Both the position numbers and the translations under genes were made by a program. From positions 128,001-192,000 of the forward strand of contig JBHLOY010000002.1 in the NCBI GenBank assembly GCA_048939995.1: a stretch of DNA of 64,000 nucleotides, written 5' to 3'. The first letter of the stretch is position 1. Every line of letters begins with the position of its first letter. The notes below the pieces were generated by a model. That model had not been told where the DNA came from. It worked only from the letters and a program-made list of their open reading frames with translations, and ran no database searches. This document shows positions 29,213 through 40,053 of the stretch, one piece after another. Source of the stretch: Promethearchaeota archaeon. Its GTDB lineage: Archaea; Asgardarchaeota; Lokiarchaeia; Sigyniarchaeales; SOKP01.

Positions 29213-30535
29213 ATGAGGCAAAAAAAATTAAAAATACTTATTATTTCTATAATAATCCTTAATTTTATGTTCTTTAGTACTTATTCTATTGCTAATCCCC
29301 CCATGAACAATGTCCTTATCGATGGTATTATTCACGAAAATGAATGGAGCGATGCCGATTGGAAAGTTGTATTTTATTTAGATGTAGATAACACTCCAGA
29401 TTACAGTGGAAAGATAAATGTAGATGGAGAGAATGTATTATATATAGGAGAGGATTTAAATAATCTTTATTTAGCACTTGACCTATGTAGTGATCGGTCT
29501 GATAATGAAACAGGTGAATGGATTGGTGTTTGGTTAAACACTGCCAACAGAACATTTGATAACTGGGTTGATTGGGTTACGTTTTTTGATAATGGAGTAG
29601 AAACAATGATGCATGATGTTGAAGAGAATCAACCTTGGGAATACTATTTAGAAGACATTTTTTTATATACTGAACATATAAATGATGATACCGAAATTAT
29701 ACCAACTTTAGGAAAAGTTGACGGGAGTGCTGACTTTTTACGAGAGTGGTGGACACCAGATTATGTGAACATTACTTCAGAAACAATAGGGGCTAATGAA
29801 ATTTACTGGATAAATTTCTCAGTAGATCTCTCCAAATGGTATGAATTCCAGGATGAAATAAACGCAATCCAGAGATTACAAATAAGAGTGGGAACCGAAC
29901 ATAGTATATTTGTCGATGAGCATAAACTAATTTTATGGAATAGTGATGGTACATTACCAGCATTAAATGATCCTCAACAAGTAATCTCCTTAAATAATCA
30001 AAATTCCTATTTGTTGGAACTTCATGATTATTGCTTAGCTAATTTGACTGTCGATAATAAACTCCAATTCAGCTTATTTGCGAATAATTCTGCTCCCTTT
30101 ACTACTCGATTAGAAAGACTCGACTTTAATGTGTATAGAAATCAGACTAACTGGGCAGGAGATATTTCTGTTCCCCATTCTACTATAAATTCATATCAAC
30201 TGGATTGGAGTTTTGGATCCAGCCCAAATAATGCTACCGATCACAGGATGTTTGAACTTTCTATCCCAAAGTCAGAACTTGAACATTATGACCCAAATAG
30301 AGATTTGGGAATTATAGTTGGAGGTTATGGCACTTTAAGCTATATTAATGGCTCAAATTTCTGGGTAATTTCAACAATTGATTATTGGCAACGTGTAGAA
30401 AATAGTTCATATTACTTATATTATAATATGAAGGGAGTTGAAATCTCGGGAATTATTTCTGGATATCCATTAATCATTTTAATTGGAATTACAATCATAT
30501 GCTCTATAATAATAATAAAGAAGAAATTCAAATAA
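29213..30535 (+). CDS. Secreted surface protein with DOMON/CBM9-like domain and C-terminal sorting-type anchor
   Basis: Signal peptide; IDGII..NEW.DA, NLYLAL and MFELSIP motifs; ISGYP-TM-KKKFK tail. Confidence 0.65.
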   Translation: MRQKKLKILIISIIILNFMFFSTYSIANPPMNNVLIDGIIHENEWSDADWKVVFYLDVDNTPDYSGKINVDGENVLYIGEDLNNLYLALDLCSDRSDNETGEWIGVWLNTANRTFDNWVDWVTFFDNGVETMMHDVEENQPWEYYLEDIFLYTEHINDDTEIIPTLGKVDGSADFLREWWTPDYVNITSETIGANEIYWINFSVDLSKWYEFQDEINAIQRLQIRVGTEHSIFVDEHKLILWNSDGTLPALNDPQQVISLNNQNSYLLELHDYCLANLTVDNKLQFSLFANNSAPFTTRLERLDFNVYRNQTNWAGDISVPHSTINSYQLDWSFGSSPNNATDHRMFELSIPKSELEHYDPNRDLGIIVGGYGTLSYINGSNFWVISTIDYWQRVENSSYYLYYNMKGVEISGIISGYPLIILIGITIICSIIIIKKKFK

Positions 30536-30622
30536 TTTATTTTAATTTTTTTTCATTTTTTACATTTATTACCAATTACGATATAGTGGAAGGTAGTTAA
30601 AGAACGTGAATATCGAAATAAT

Positions 30623-30925
30623 TTAACTCCTTTTTTTCTTTTTTTTTTTTTTCTTCTTTCTTTTTTTTTCTGGTTCAGGCGTAACATCTACATCTACTTC
30701 AGCAACAATAAAGGCTAAGTATATAGGCGTTGAATGAGGATAACGTTGGTCATTAAAAATATTAAACTTAATATCTTTAATTTTATAATACTTATTACTT
30801 TCATGTAAAATTACAAGATTTCTATTTACCTTATTTGTAAAATCCGAAGGATCATCAAAACTTCCCCCTACCACATATACTTGATCAATTCTTACAATTT
30901 TTTTCTCTACTGGACTTTCTTCCAT
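30623..30925 (-). CDS. Small hypothetical protein with poly-Lys tail
   Basis: 100-aa ORF. Confidence 0.5.
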   Translation of the reverse strand: MEESPVEKKIVRIDQVYVVGGSFDDPSDFTNKVNRNLVILHESNKYYKIKDIKFNIFNDQRYPHSTPIYLAFIVAEVDVDVTPEPEKKRKKKKKKKKKRS

Positions 30926-31041
30926 AATTCATATCAGAAAATTAAAAAAAAGATAAATAATTTATGTTTGAATTAAAAAGATTTAGTTTTGTTTTGTTAG
31001 TCGATAAGATATTTATATAATTTCCAATGAAAAATGATTTA

Positions 31042-31983
31042 TTAATCTTGTTTGTAATAAAATGAATTATTATCTGCGTTTAATATGCATTGTTCTAATA
31101 ATTTAAGTATTTCATCTCTATTTTGGAGAGAATTATAATATGGGTGTGCAAACAATCCTTTTCGGGTGATTCCAAATTTGACCATCAAATAGAAATCTTT
31201 GAAAAACCGTTCTACATGGAAGTAACCATTCAACTTATCTGGCTCTTTTGCAAAATTCCAAAATCGCTTTCCCTGGAAAGGAGCAAATAATGAAGATAAC
31301 CAGTGGTTAATTTCGTATGTATCAAGTTTATTTCGTAATAATGCTGTATAAACTGCTAAGGCTATTCTTAACTCTTCCTTCCCATTGAATGCTCTGAGTG
31401 AGGGTGAAGCTAATTTCTGTTTAAAAAGTTGAAGTATTTGGAGAATTTCCTCTTTTTGAATTAAACGATGTCTCGCGAAATTCCTAAACAAATCTGCACC
31501 ATGGGCAATCGAATGTGCCCAACCTTTCCCAATTACATAAGATCTATAGTCTCTTTCTTGCTGATAATATTCCACTGCTGAAATGAACCATCTTTTTACA
31601 ATTTCTGGGGTTAAGAATGCATTTCTCCCTTCTATTTCTCCTTTTTCACAATTTTCATCAAAAAGCAATATTCCAGCCACTTCTAATGCCGTAAATGCCC
31701 GTAAAAACACAAAATCGGATATTTCTTGATCTAATCCTGCGTGTGTCAGGGATATAAGTTGATCTCCTAACAAAATAAGAGTTGCATCATCATATTCTCC
31801 ATTCATTATCCACGCATACAAAATTTCCAAGCAACCTTCTCGAACATCGGAATCAATGGCGCCTAATTTTTCAATCAACATAGGAGTTATCTCCATTAGA
31901 GAAGATTCTGAAGGGATCTGAAAATTATTATCCATAATAGATCTGATTTGCTCTATGGTTAATTCCATTTTATCTTGCTCCAT
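31042..31983 (-). CDS. DUF2785-family helical protein
   Basis: VFLRAFTAL, ERDYRSYV..KGWAHSIAHGAD; start moved to ATG 31983. Confidence 0.75.
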   Translation of the reverse strand: MEQDKMELTIEQIRSIMDNNFQIPSESSLMEITPMLIEKLGAIDSDVREGCLEILYAWIMNGEYDDATLILLGDQLISLTHAGLDQEISDFVFLRAFTALEVAGILLFDENCEKGEIEGRNAFLTPEIVKRWFISAVEYYQQERDYRSYVIGKGWAHSIAHGADLFRNFARHRLIQKEEILQILQLFKQKLASPSLRAFNGKEELRIALAVYTALLRNKLDTYEINHWLSSLFAPFQGKRFWNFAKEPDKLNGYFHVERFFKDFYLMVKFGITRKGLFAHPYYNSLQNRDEILKLLEQCILNADNNSFYYKQD

Positions 31984-32267
31984 TTTATTCAAAATTAAAA
32001 GTAAAAAGCAATTTATTTTTGAAATTTCTTGGGAATATAATATTATAATACAATAAAATTTTATCAAAATGCATTCGAAAATATTAAAACCCCTTATTAT
32101 TTAAAGAGAAACACAATAAAAAGGAATAGATGACATCTAAATCGAATGGCAAATTATTTCCATAGTCTATTGAAAAACTTCAATAATACTATTTTTTAAT
32201 TATAAGAAGATTTATTTGATTGTAAATAGATTATTTAAACACAGAAGATTGTATTTATCTTAATAAC

Positions 32268-33311
32268 ATGTTAAGTAAAGGATCTGAATTTCTTTTAGGA
32301 CTATTTTATTCTGATGAAGAAACCCTAGTATACGATAAAATAAAATTATCTTATAATCTGCCTGAAGAATCAATTCGTGAATTAAAGTCAATTTCATTTA
32401 AATTCCTTGGTCCCCTATTAATGACGAGAGCATTGTATAAGCAGCAGCAGTGGAGGATTGATTATATTGAAACCTCATTAACGCCACAATCTAGCATGGT
32501 AATTGATGATACTCTTATGCAATCATTTATCTGTCTTAATTCATCACTAAAAACAGCACAATACATAACCAATCTCTTTGCTTTTATAGGATCACCCTAT
32601 ACAGAAGATCTAGCACTGATATATGAAAGATTGGATAAATATATTCACCCAAGCATTATTCAAGGAAAATTTGTTGCTCAAAAGGTGCATGGCCCTGATT
32701 TTGATTTTAATACGTTAATAAACGAGGAAATGAAAAGAGGAATTGACTTACTTGAACATACGTTGGGATCTCCAAGAAAGATATATTGGGAGGAAAAAAC
32801 AATTTACACTCCTATAGCTGTCATAAAGAGAACTTTAAAAGATGGAAGATTAAACTCTGATCTCTATACCTTCGATTTAGAAGATCCACTGAGAAAAGAA
32901 GCCCTAAACCAAATTCCTTCATATTATTTTTTGGGTATTTTACCCGATTATTATGAAAAAAGAATGAATAAGACTTTAAGATTGTTTGGAAAGGATGGAC
33001 TATATTCCAATATTAATAAAATGAAGATTAGTAGCCCAAATAAGGTGGTGCTGTACGTAGAAGAATTCGCAACTAGAGTCAATGAGAAGATAAGTTACGG
33101 TTTGATTCTCATACCAGATAAAGATAACATTCAGGAATCACGAGATTTATTTTTTTATAAAAAGAAGTTGAGGAATATGTTAGATAAAAATAATAATTTT
33201 GAAAGGTCTGTAATTGAGTTAAATTCAAGTCTCAATCCATTTGATGGTTGGAATCTAAATTCTGAGGAATCTCTTCAAAAAATTGAAAAATCCCTAGATA
33301 AAAAGCAATAA
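32268..33311 (+). CDS. Hypothetical protein
   Basis: 347-aa ORF in an operon with the next gene. Confidence 0.7.
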   Translation: MLSKGSEFLLGLFYSDEETLVYDKIKLSYNLPEESIRELKSISFKFLGPLLMTRALYKQQQWRIDYIETSLTPQSSMVIDDTLMQSFICLNSSLKTAQYITNLFAFIGSPYTEDLALIYERLDKYIHPSIIQGKFVAQKVHGPDFDFNTLINEEMKRGIDLLEHTLGSPRKIYWEEKTIYTPIAVIKRTLKDGRLNSDLYTFDLEDPLRKEALNQIPSYYFLGILPDYYEKRMNKTLRLFGKDGLYSNINKMKISSPNKVVLYVEEFATRVNEKISYGLILIPDKDNIQESRDLFFYKKKLRNMLDKNNNFERSVIELNSSLNPFDGWNLNSEESLQKIEKSLDKKQ

Positions 33312-33333
33312 TAATAAGAAGGTATAACTGAAG

Positions 33334-34341
33334 ATGGAGCAAATACAATACAATAAACTTTATAATATTGATAAAGAACGATTATATTCTAATTTTCAGC
33401 GTATTGAGAATATGAATAAAGACTTAGATTTGATAGAAATTATAGCAAAATTTTTAGAAAATCAATCTGTTGGAACTTCATTAGCTCAAGTTTCAGAAGT
33501 TCTCAATTATTTTGAGAAAAAAATCTCTAAAGATAATTCCTTGTTAGATTTTGCATTTGAATGGATAAGAGCGAATAGGATTCGATTAGAATACAAAAAA
33601 TACATAAATATACGTGATTATAAGGAATACACCATTGCTTTAGATGAAGTTATTTTCCTCTTTTTCCTAAAATATGATAAAACATTCAGGGTTTTATTAA
33701 AGGATAATGTGGAGGAATATGAATTTGCATCATTATATCAAATCTTCTTCAATCCAAAACAATCAGATCTTGTTAGTTTAATGGCACTAATAGAAAGAAA
33801 TAAAGTCAGAGTACCCACTATTATTGTTGATGGAGAAAAAATTGATACTAGGATTCACACTCTTCGAGAGGGTCTTTCAGAGATGGTAAGAGATGATTAT
33901 AATGAAGGTTTACCCTCAGATGTCAAAATTATTAATTATGAGAGGAAGGCTTTCAATGAGAAAGTCATCGATAAAGATTTTGATGGAACAATGCTAGAAA
34001 GGTTAATAAAATTCTATTGCTTTCAGAAAAGGAAGATTGATAAAAAAGAATTTACCCTAGCAATTAATCGATTTCTATCCTCTTATCTACAATTTAATTT
34101 ATTCTATAATTTTAATGAATTCAAGGAAAAATTGATTTTAAACTTTGTAGAATATATATTTTCTGGTTTGACAGAAGATTATGATAACTATTCAACTGAA
34201 AGTATACAAAATGAACTAACAATGGTAATAAACGAATTTGAGAAAAAACTGCAAGACACAAGACTCAAAGGTAAAGCATGGATTGATGATTTAAAACCAA
34301 TCCTACAAAATTTTGTTGAAAACTTTATAGATCAATTATAG
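33334..34341 (+). CDS. Hypothetical all-helical protein
   Basis: 335-aa ORF; AGGT SD. Confidence 0.7.
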   Translation: MEQIQYNKLYNIDKERLYSNFQRIENMNKDLDLIEIIAKFLENQSVGTSLAQVSEVLNYFEKKISKDNSLLDFAFEWIRANRIRLEYKKYINIRDYKEYTIALDEVIFLFFLKYDKTFRVLLKDNVEEYEFASLYQIFFNPKQSDLVSLMALIERNKVRVPTIIVDGEKIDTRIHTLREGLSEMVRDDYNEGLPSDVKIINYERKAFNEKVIDKDFDGTMLERLIKFYCFQKRKIDKKEFTLAINRFLSSYLQFNLFYNFNEFKEKLILNFVEYIFSGLTEDYDNYSTESIQNELTMVINEFEKKLQDTRLKGKAWIDDLKPILQNFVENFIDQL

Positions 34342-34342
34342 T

Positions 34343-35392
34343 TCATTTCTTAATCATCGATTTTAAAAAATTAATCTCATGTGTTGAATAGGCTGTTCCA
34401 TCCTCGTGAAAAATATCATGAAACCATATTTCTGGTATAGGATCACCTTTTTTAGATAACCATGAATAAACGGTCTGAGTTTTTCCTGAGATAAATCCCC
34501 AATTAAAAGCTCCAATTTTGTACTTCTTAAAGAGAGGAAGATGTGTTTCAAAAATATTATTAAAAGTGCGTGCTAAATATTCAGTACATAATATCGGGCG
34601 TTTTCCTTTTTTAAAATCTTGAATGGTTCCAATAGTTTTTTCAACCTCTCGATAATCATGGAAACTAATTATATCAGAAGATTGAATACAAATTGATTCT
34701 AAGTCCTTCCAATTTTTACCTTTAAGATGAAACTGCCATAAGCCAACTGTAATTGGTTGAGACGGATTACATTCTCTAGCCCATAGAAAACTAGCAATTA
34801 CTAAAGGGAATGATTTATTTTTCATACCCATATTACCAGGTTCATTATATAAATCCCAACCAAGAATTCTTTCATCTAAAGTATAATAACTTATAATATC
34901 TTGAACATAATCTTTTAAATCTGGATAGTAGGTTTCATCTAAAACTCTTTTTCTGCCCGGACTCGCTACCCATCCTGAATTATGAACCCCCGGGAGTAGA
35001 TCTGGTTGAGTTCCTAATTCTGGATCTTGATTCCACATATCGTCAAATAACACAAAAAGAACCCTCATATGATGTCTTTCACATATGTCGAGGAATCGGT
35101 TTAATCTTCTCTTAAATCCCGAAAAATCATCTTTCCATAAAAGAAAGTGTAAAAAGACTCTAAGTGAATTAAATCCAAGCTCTTCTGCCCATGTTAATTC
35201 TTGATTTATTCGATCAGGATTAAAAGTTTCTTTTTGGAACATTTCAATTTGATTGATAGCATCGCTTGGGATATAATTGCATCCAACGAACCATGGTTGT
35301 TCTTTATACCAGTCATTTGCTTTTTTAATATCCCACTTAGCTTTCAAGAGTGAACTTACTACAGATTTATCTAAATAATCTTCAATTTTCAT
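34343..35392 (-). CDS. Clan GH-A glycoside hydrolase (GH5-like, cytoplasmic)
   Basis: GFNSLRVFLH, WDLYNEP acid/base, CTEY nucleophile, WFHDIF. Confidence 0.85.
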   Translation of the reverse strand: MKIEDYLDKSVVSSLLKAKWDIKKANDWYKEQPWFVGCNYIPSDAINQIEMFQKETFNPDRINQELTWAEELGFNSLRVFLHFLLWKDDFSGFKRRLNRFLDICERHHMRVLFVLFDDMWNQDPELGTQPDLLPGVHNSGWVASPGRKRVLDETYYPDLKDYVQDIISYYTLDERILGWDLYNEPGNMGMKNKSFPLVIASFLWARECNPSQPITVGLWQFHLKGKNWKDLESICIQSSDIISFHDYREVEKTIGTIQDFKKGKRPILCTEYLARTFNNIFETHLPLFKKYKIGAFNWGFISGKTQTVYSWLSKKGDPIPEIWFHDIFHEDGTAYSTHEINFLKSMIKK

Positions 35393-35465
35393 TTTAAGTG
35401 CAATCTTCTTAATTGATAATAATGATTTAATAAAGAGTTAGTTATATTTTTTTTCTGAAATTAAT

Positions 35466-36287
35466 CTACTTTCCAATAAAAATTGGGTCTCGTTTTTCTT
35501 TTAATGCTTTTAAAGATTCTCCAAAATCTTTACTCTGAATCACTTTAGTCCATCCTTTATTTTCTAAATCCAACTGTTGTTCTAATACATTTCTGAAAAA
35601 TGAATGCATAGTTTTTTTCATTAGTTTGATCGAAAGCGAGGGTCCTCTAGGAGGTATGAGTTTGAAGGCTTGTTTTCTCGCATAAGACATTAACTCCTCT
35701 CTTGGCATCACCTTATTTACAAGACCTAAATTTTCGGCATCTTTTGCTGTCATGCGATCACCAAAATAAAATAGTTCCTTAGCTTTATTCATACCAATCA
35801 TGAGAGGTAAAAGCACTGTAGTAGCAAAATCTGGTATCACAGCTCTTTTTATAAAAAATAATGCCCACCATGCGTCTTCAGCCATATAAACTAAATCAGA
35901 ACAGATTACTGGGAGTGTAAACCCACCACCCACAGCAAAACCATTAATTACTGATATAACTGGTTTTGAGAAATCCCAAAACTTAAGACATAGTCTTTTT
36001 GATGCCATATCTCTTAAATTAATCTCCATTTTGTGTTTCTCAGGGATTTGTTTTACCATATCTTCTGAAAAGTAACCCCCTGAAGAGAAAGCTCTTGCTT
36101 CCTCACAACCTGTAAGTATTATAACCCTAACATCTTTATCTTTTTCAGCATAATCTACAGCATACCAGAGTTCCAACAGACCTAATGGTGAAAGCGCATT
36201 CTTTTTAGTTGGCCAGTTAAGTGTAACCGTTAGAATTCCATTTTCTTCTTTTTCATATTTAATCTGGCTAAATTCTTCTATTAACAT
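35466..36287 (-). CDS. Enoyl-CoA hydratase/isomerase (crotonase) family protein
   Basis: LNWP.KKNAL, AFSSGG, KPVISVINGFAVGGG, GLVNKV. Confidence 0.9.
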   Translation of the reverse strand: MLIEEFSQIKYEKEENGILTVTLNWPTKKNALSPLGLLELWYAVDYAEKDKDVRVIILTGCEEARAFSSGGYFSEDMVKQIPEKHKMEINLRDMASKRLCLKFWDFSKPVISVINGFAVGGGFTLPVICSDLVYMAEDAWWALFFIKRAVIPDFATTVLLPLMIGMNKAKELFYFGDRMTAKDAENLGLVNKVMPREELMSYARKQAFKLIPPRGPSLSIKLMKKTMHSFFRNVLEQQLDLENKGWTKVIQSKDFGESLKALKEKRDPIFIGK

Positions 36288-36340
36288 TAATTTAATAAAA
36301 ACATAAGAGAATAAAATATTTTATAATAGTCAGGCTAGCC

Positions 36341-37051
36341 TTATTTTCTGGATTTTTTATAGAAAATAATTCCAAATGGAACTACAACTGCAGCTAATCC
36401 AATTATAACTACTAGTGTGATAATTAACACTAGATCATCCCCTTCAGCTAATTCTATTAAAGTAAGAGTTGCTATTATCTCATTATTATTAATAAGTTCT
36501 TCTTTTATTAATATTCCATTCTCGCTATATGTAAGAATAGCTTGTATATTAGCAATATCAATAGTTATTATGTTCCCATTAACATTTGCAGACCAAACTG
36601 TATATGCTTCTATAAATCCTTTTACAATATTTACATCAACTGGGTCGTTTGGAATAATAAAATACCCACCGTATCCATTTAACAACAAATTACTCATATT
36701 GTCTCCATATCTAAAAAATTGATGTGTCTTATTATAAAGTAAGCAGGTCACATTTTGATATTGTATGTTATCTACGAATAAAGTCTCGTATTTATTAGAT
36801 GTGGAGTTTAATTCACTAACAGTTACTTTAACTCCTAATCCATTAAATATATCATAAAATCTATAAATCTCTACAACGTTCACTTTTACTTTCGATAATG
36901 CAGAGGCCAATGTATCTTCAAAATCATATTCTATAAACCCTTCTTCATCTACGGGTAGCGTTGAATCACCAAGTTGAAAATCCGCCAAAATAGGAGTAAA
37001 AATTAAAGATACTAATAGGATATTGATAACCATTAGGTTTTTTAATGTCAT
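36341..37051 (-). CDS. Secreted, C-terminally anchored surface protein
   Basis: Signal peptide, beta-rich body, C-terminal TM + KKSRK. Confidence 0.7.
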   Translation of the reverse strand: MTLKNLMVINILLVSLIFTPILADFQLGDSTLPVDEEGFIEYDFEDTLASALSKVKVNVVEIYRFYDIFNGLGVKVTVSELNSTSNKYETLFVDNIQYQNVTCLLYNKTHQFFRYGDNMSNLLLNGYGGYFIIPNDPVDVNIVKGFIEAYTVWSANVNGNIITIDIANIQAILTYSENGILIKEELINNNEIIATLTLIELAEGDDLVLIITLVVIIGLAAVVVPFGIIFYKKSRK

Positions 37052-37175
37052 TAAAATTTAATAGTCTTCATTTAAATAAAACTTTTGATCAAAAATGAAG
37101 TTGAAACTTTTTTATAATCTTAGGTTAATTATTAATTAAACTCTTAATTGAATCAAAAGTAAAGGAAGGTAAAAT

Positions 37176-38567
37176 ATGTCAGAAGAAGAGTTTATACCTA
37201 GGAAATCACGAGTTGCTTTTGGGGGAATAACATTTTCTAGTGGTCTCTTTTCAAATTTAGTTATAAATGTTACATTTACTTTTTTTTATAACGTAAAACT
37301 TGGATTAAATGATTTTGCAACAGGCCTTGCATGGTTAATATTCATTATTTGGAATACATTAAATGATCCTCTTCTTGGTTATATTGAAGATAGAACCAAA
37401 TCAAAGAAATATGGAAGAAGAGTTCCCTACGTTCGTTTTGGTGGAATCGTCTATGGAATCTTATTTGTCCTAAGTTGGATACCTTTTGCTACCATCGATA
37501 ATCAACTAGGTTTATTTTTAAATATGCTTATAATGTTGTTTTTATTTGATACTTTGTTTACAATGGTCGGTTTAATTTCATATACATTACCTGCTGAAAT
37601 GGCAATCACTGGTACAGCACGTTCAAAATTGAACATATCTGGATCTGTAGGCAACGCATTAGCTTTATTGCTGTCATTCGTAATTCCAGCTATATTGCTT
37701 ACGGGAGATTATTTAGCTACTGTGGATCCAATGTTTCCAGTATTTATCCTAACAATGATCGTTTTAGGTGTCGTCGGAACTGTAATATTGTTTGTATGCA
37801 GTTTTCATATCAAAGAAAATAAGTATACAATATTTGAAGAACCGCTTGGCTTTAAGTCTAGTATTGTCGAGACGTTTAAAAATCGTTCATTTTTAATATT
37901 TGAGTTATCGAATTTCTTCTTTTTAATTGCTCAATTTATATTAACTAATGGCGTATTATATTGGGTAACATTTGTTTTAGGGCTTTCAGGTATTATTGCA
38001 ATGGTTCCGTTACTAGTTTTCTTTATAGTAGTCTTTCTATTCTTTCCAATATACAGTAGATTAATTATTAAATATGGAGTAAAGAAAGTATTCATGTGGT
38101 TATTAATCTTTACGGGTATTTCATTTCTAATTAGCTTTGCTCTAGCTTGGTCTTTTTATCCCGCCTTTATAGCTATGGTATTGATTGGGATCGGAATATC
38201 TGGCTACTTTATAACAAATCAATTAGTTATGGCAGAAGTGATTGATAATGATGAAATCTTAACAGGTAAACGAAGAGAAACCACTTATGGTGGAATGAAT
38301 GCTTTATTAACTAAGCCTACAAATTCATTAGGACCATGGATTTTAATCTCTATTATAAACATATTTGAGGTACAATTATCAAATAAACCATTAGGTGTTA
38401 TGGTTGCTTTTACAATTATCCCAGCAATTCTAATTTTTCTCAGTGGATTAGTCATCAAATTTTTTCCTCTAAGTGGTCCAGAATGGAACAAGAAAAAAGA
38501 GGAGTTACATAAAATTCATCAAGAAAAGGAAAAATCTTATTTAGAAAAGATTAGAACCCAAGAATAA
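37176..38567 (+). CDS. MFS transporter, glycoside-pentoside-hexuronide (MelB-like) family
   Basis: WNTLNDPLLG..DRTK.K.GRR.PY; EVIDNDE..TGKRRE. Confidence 0.88.
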   Translation: MSEEEFIPRKSRVAFGGITFSSGLFSNLVINVTFTFFYNVKLGLNDFATGLAWLIFIIWNTLNDPLLGYIEDRTKSKKYGRRVPYVRFGGIVYGILFVLSWIPFATIDNQLGLFLNMLIMLFLFDTLFTMVGLISYTLPAEMAITGTARSKLNISGSVGNALALLLSFVIPAILLTGDYLATVDPMFPVFILTMIVLGVVGTVILFVCSFHIKENKYTIFEEPLGFKSSIVETFKNRSFLIFELSNFFFLIAQFILTNGVLYWVTFVLGLSGIIAMVPLLVFFIVVFLFFPIYSRLIIKYGVKKVFMWLLIFTGISFLISFALAWSFYPAFIAMVLIGIGISGYFITNQLVMAEVIDNDEILTGKRRETTYGGMNALLTKPTNSLGPWILISIINIFEVQLSNKPLGVMVAFTIIPAILIFLSGLVIKFFPLSGPEWNKKKEELHKIHQEKEKSYLEKIRTQE

Positions 38568-38718
38568 ATAAAACTTAAATCTTCATCATTTTTTTTTTAT
38601 GTACCTAGCTTGGCTAGCTTAGCTTTAATAAGCTCTTTTTAAAAACATAACTAATAAGGAAGAGTTAATAAAAATAAAAATAATCATTTAAAGTTAATTA
38701 GAAATTGAATTCTAAATT

Positions 38719-39927
38719 TTATTTTTGATAGCTATTCCACTTTTCCTCAAGGTTAGGATCTTGAATGGTCTCCATAATATATTTAGCATAATCTTCTCCA
38801 GTAGCACCAGTATCTCTACCTGTAACCTTTAGTTTCTTTTCATAGATTGCACATATATCTAAAGCCATTTCCAGTTTCTTAGCTTTTCCTACGAATCCAA
38901 TATGGTTTAGAAGCATCGCAGCAGCTTTTATAATGCTCGTTGGGTCAGCATATTTGGTTCTTCCAGTTTCAACCATTCGCGGAGCAGTACCATGAATAGC
39001 CTCAAACATAGCATAACGTTTTCCGATATTTGCACTACCCGCTGTACCAACAGAGCCCTGAATCTGAGCTGCTTCGTCCGTAATTATATCTCCATATAGA
39101 TTGGGAGCAACAATTACCTTAAAATCTTTTTGACGTTCAGGATCTATTAATTTAGCAGCCATAATATCAATATACCAGTCATCAAATTTGATTTCAGGAT
39201 ATTCTTCTTTTGCAAGTTGTTTAGCCATATTTAGATACATTCCATCAGTAGTTTTTACTACATTTGCTTTTGTTACTAATGAAACTCTATTTACTCCCGT
39301 CTTTTTAGCATGTTCAAATGCCAATCTCAAAATACGATCGGTACCTTGCAATGTATGCACACAGAAATCAAAAGCTAGATCATTTGTCACCTTAATTCCC
39401 TTTGAACCTAGAACATAAGCACCTTCAGTGTTCTCTCTGAAAAACATCCAGTCAATTCCTTTATCAGGTACCTTTACTGGGCGCACATTAGCAAATAAAT
39501 CAAGTTCTCTTCGCATAGATACATTAGCACTCTCTAAGTTTGGCCATTTGCCAGAAGCTAAGTCCGCTGAGGAAGGTGTGTGCGTGGGCCCTTTGAGTAT
39601 TACATTACAACCCTTCAATTGCTCTAAGGCTTCATCAGGTATGGCTTTCATTACTTTTGCCCTATTCTCAATAGTTAATCCTTCAATATCTTTGAATAGA
39701 ACCTTTCCACTCTGAACCTCATCTTCTAAAAGAAACTTCAGAATTGCTTCAGCATGTTTTGTAATCTCTGGCCCTATACCATCTCCACCTGCTACTCCAA
39801 TAATAATTGGTTTTAGTGTTGAGTAATCAATCCAATCTGCCCCTTTTTTCATTTCTTCAATTCGTTTTAATTGTGCTTTAACTAATGTTTCAAAGTGTTC
39901 TTTTGCTTTTTCAATAACATTTTCCAT
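38719..39927 (-). CDS. icd: Isocitrate/isopropylmalate dehydrogenase family, probably isocitrate dehydrogenase
   Basis: GDGIGPEI, LKGP, RENTEG.Y, TKANVVK, NLYGDIITD, FEAIHGTAP; TCA context. Confidence 0.78.
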   Translation of the reverse strand: MENVIEKAKEHFETLVKAQLKRIEEMKKGADWIDYSTLKPIIIGVAGGDGIGPEITKHAEAILKFLLEDEVQSGKVLFKDIEGLTIENRAKVMKAIPDEALEQLKGCNVILKGPTHTPSSADLASGKWPNLESANVSMRRELDLFANVRPVKVPDKGIDWMFFRENTEGAYVLGSKGIKVTNDLAFDFCVHTLQGTDRILRLAFEHAKKTGVNRVSLVTKANVVKTTDGMYLNMAKQLAKEEYPEIKFDDWYIDIMAAKLIDPERQKDFKVIVAPNLYGDIITDEAAQIQGSVGTAGSANIGKRYAMFEAIHGTAPRMVETGRTKYADPTSIIKAAAMLLNHIGFVGKAKKLEMALDICAIYEKKLKVTGRDTGATGEDYAKYIMETIQDPNLEEKWNSYQK

Positions 39928-40053
39928 TTTATAATTCCTCTATTTTTTTCAATTTTATTGACTTTTTTTTTTAATTTTTAGCATTTCTTAAAATTTATTA
40001 TTTTTATAAACTGAAAAAAGATTTAATTTAAAAGATAGTGTTTAATACCAGAT

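Noticed and set aside
30623-30670. Poly-Lys tail as a functional repeat or localisation signal
   Set aside because: A simple A-rich tract in an AT-rich genome; may be slippage or a terminator for the convergent gene.
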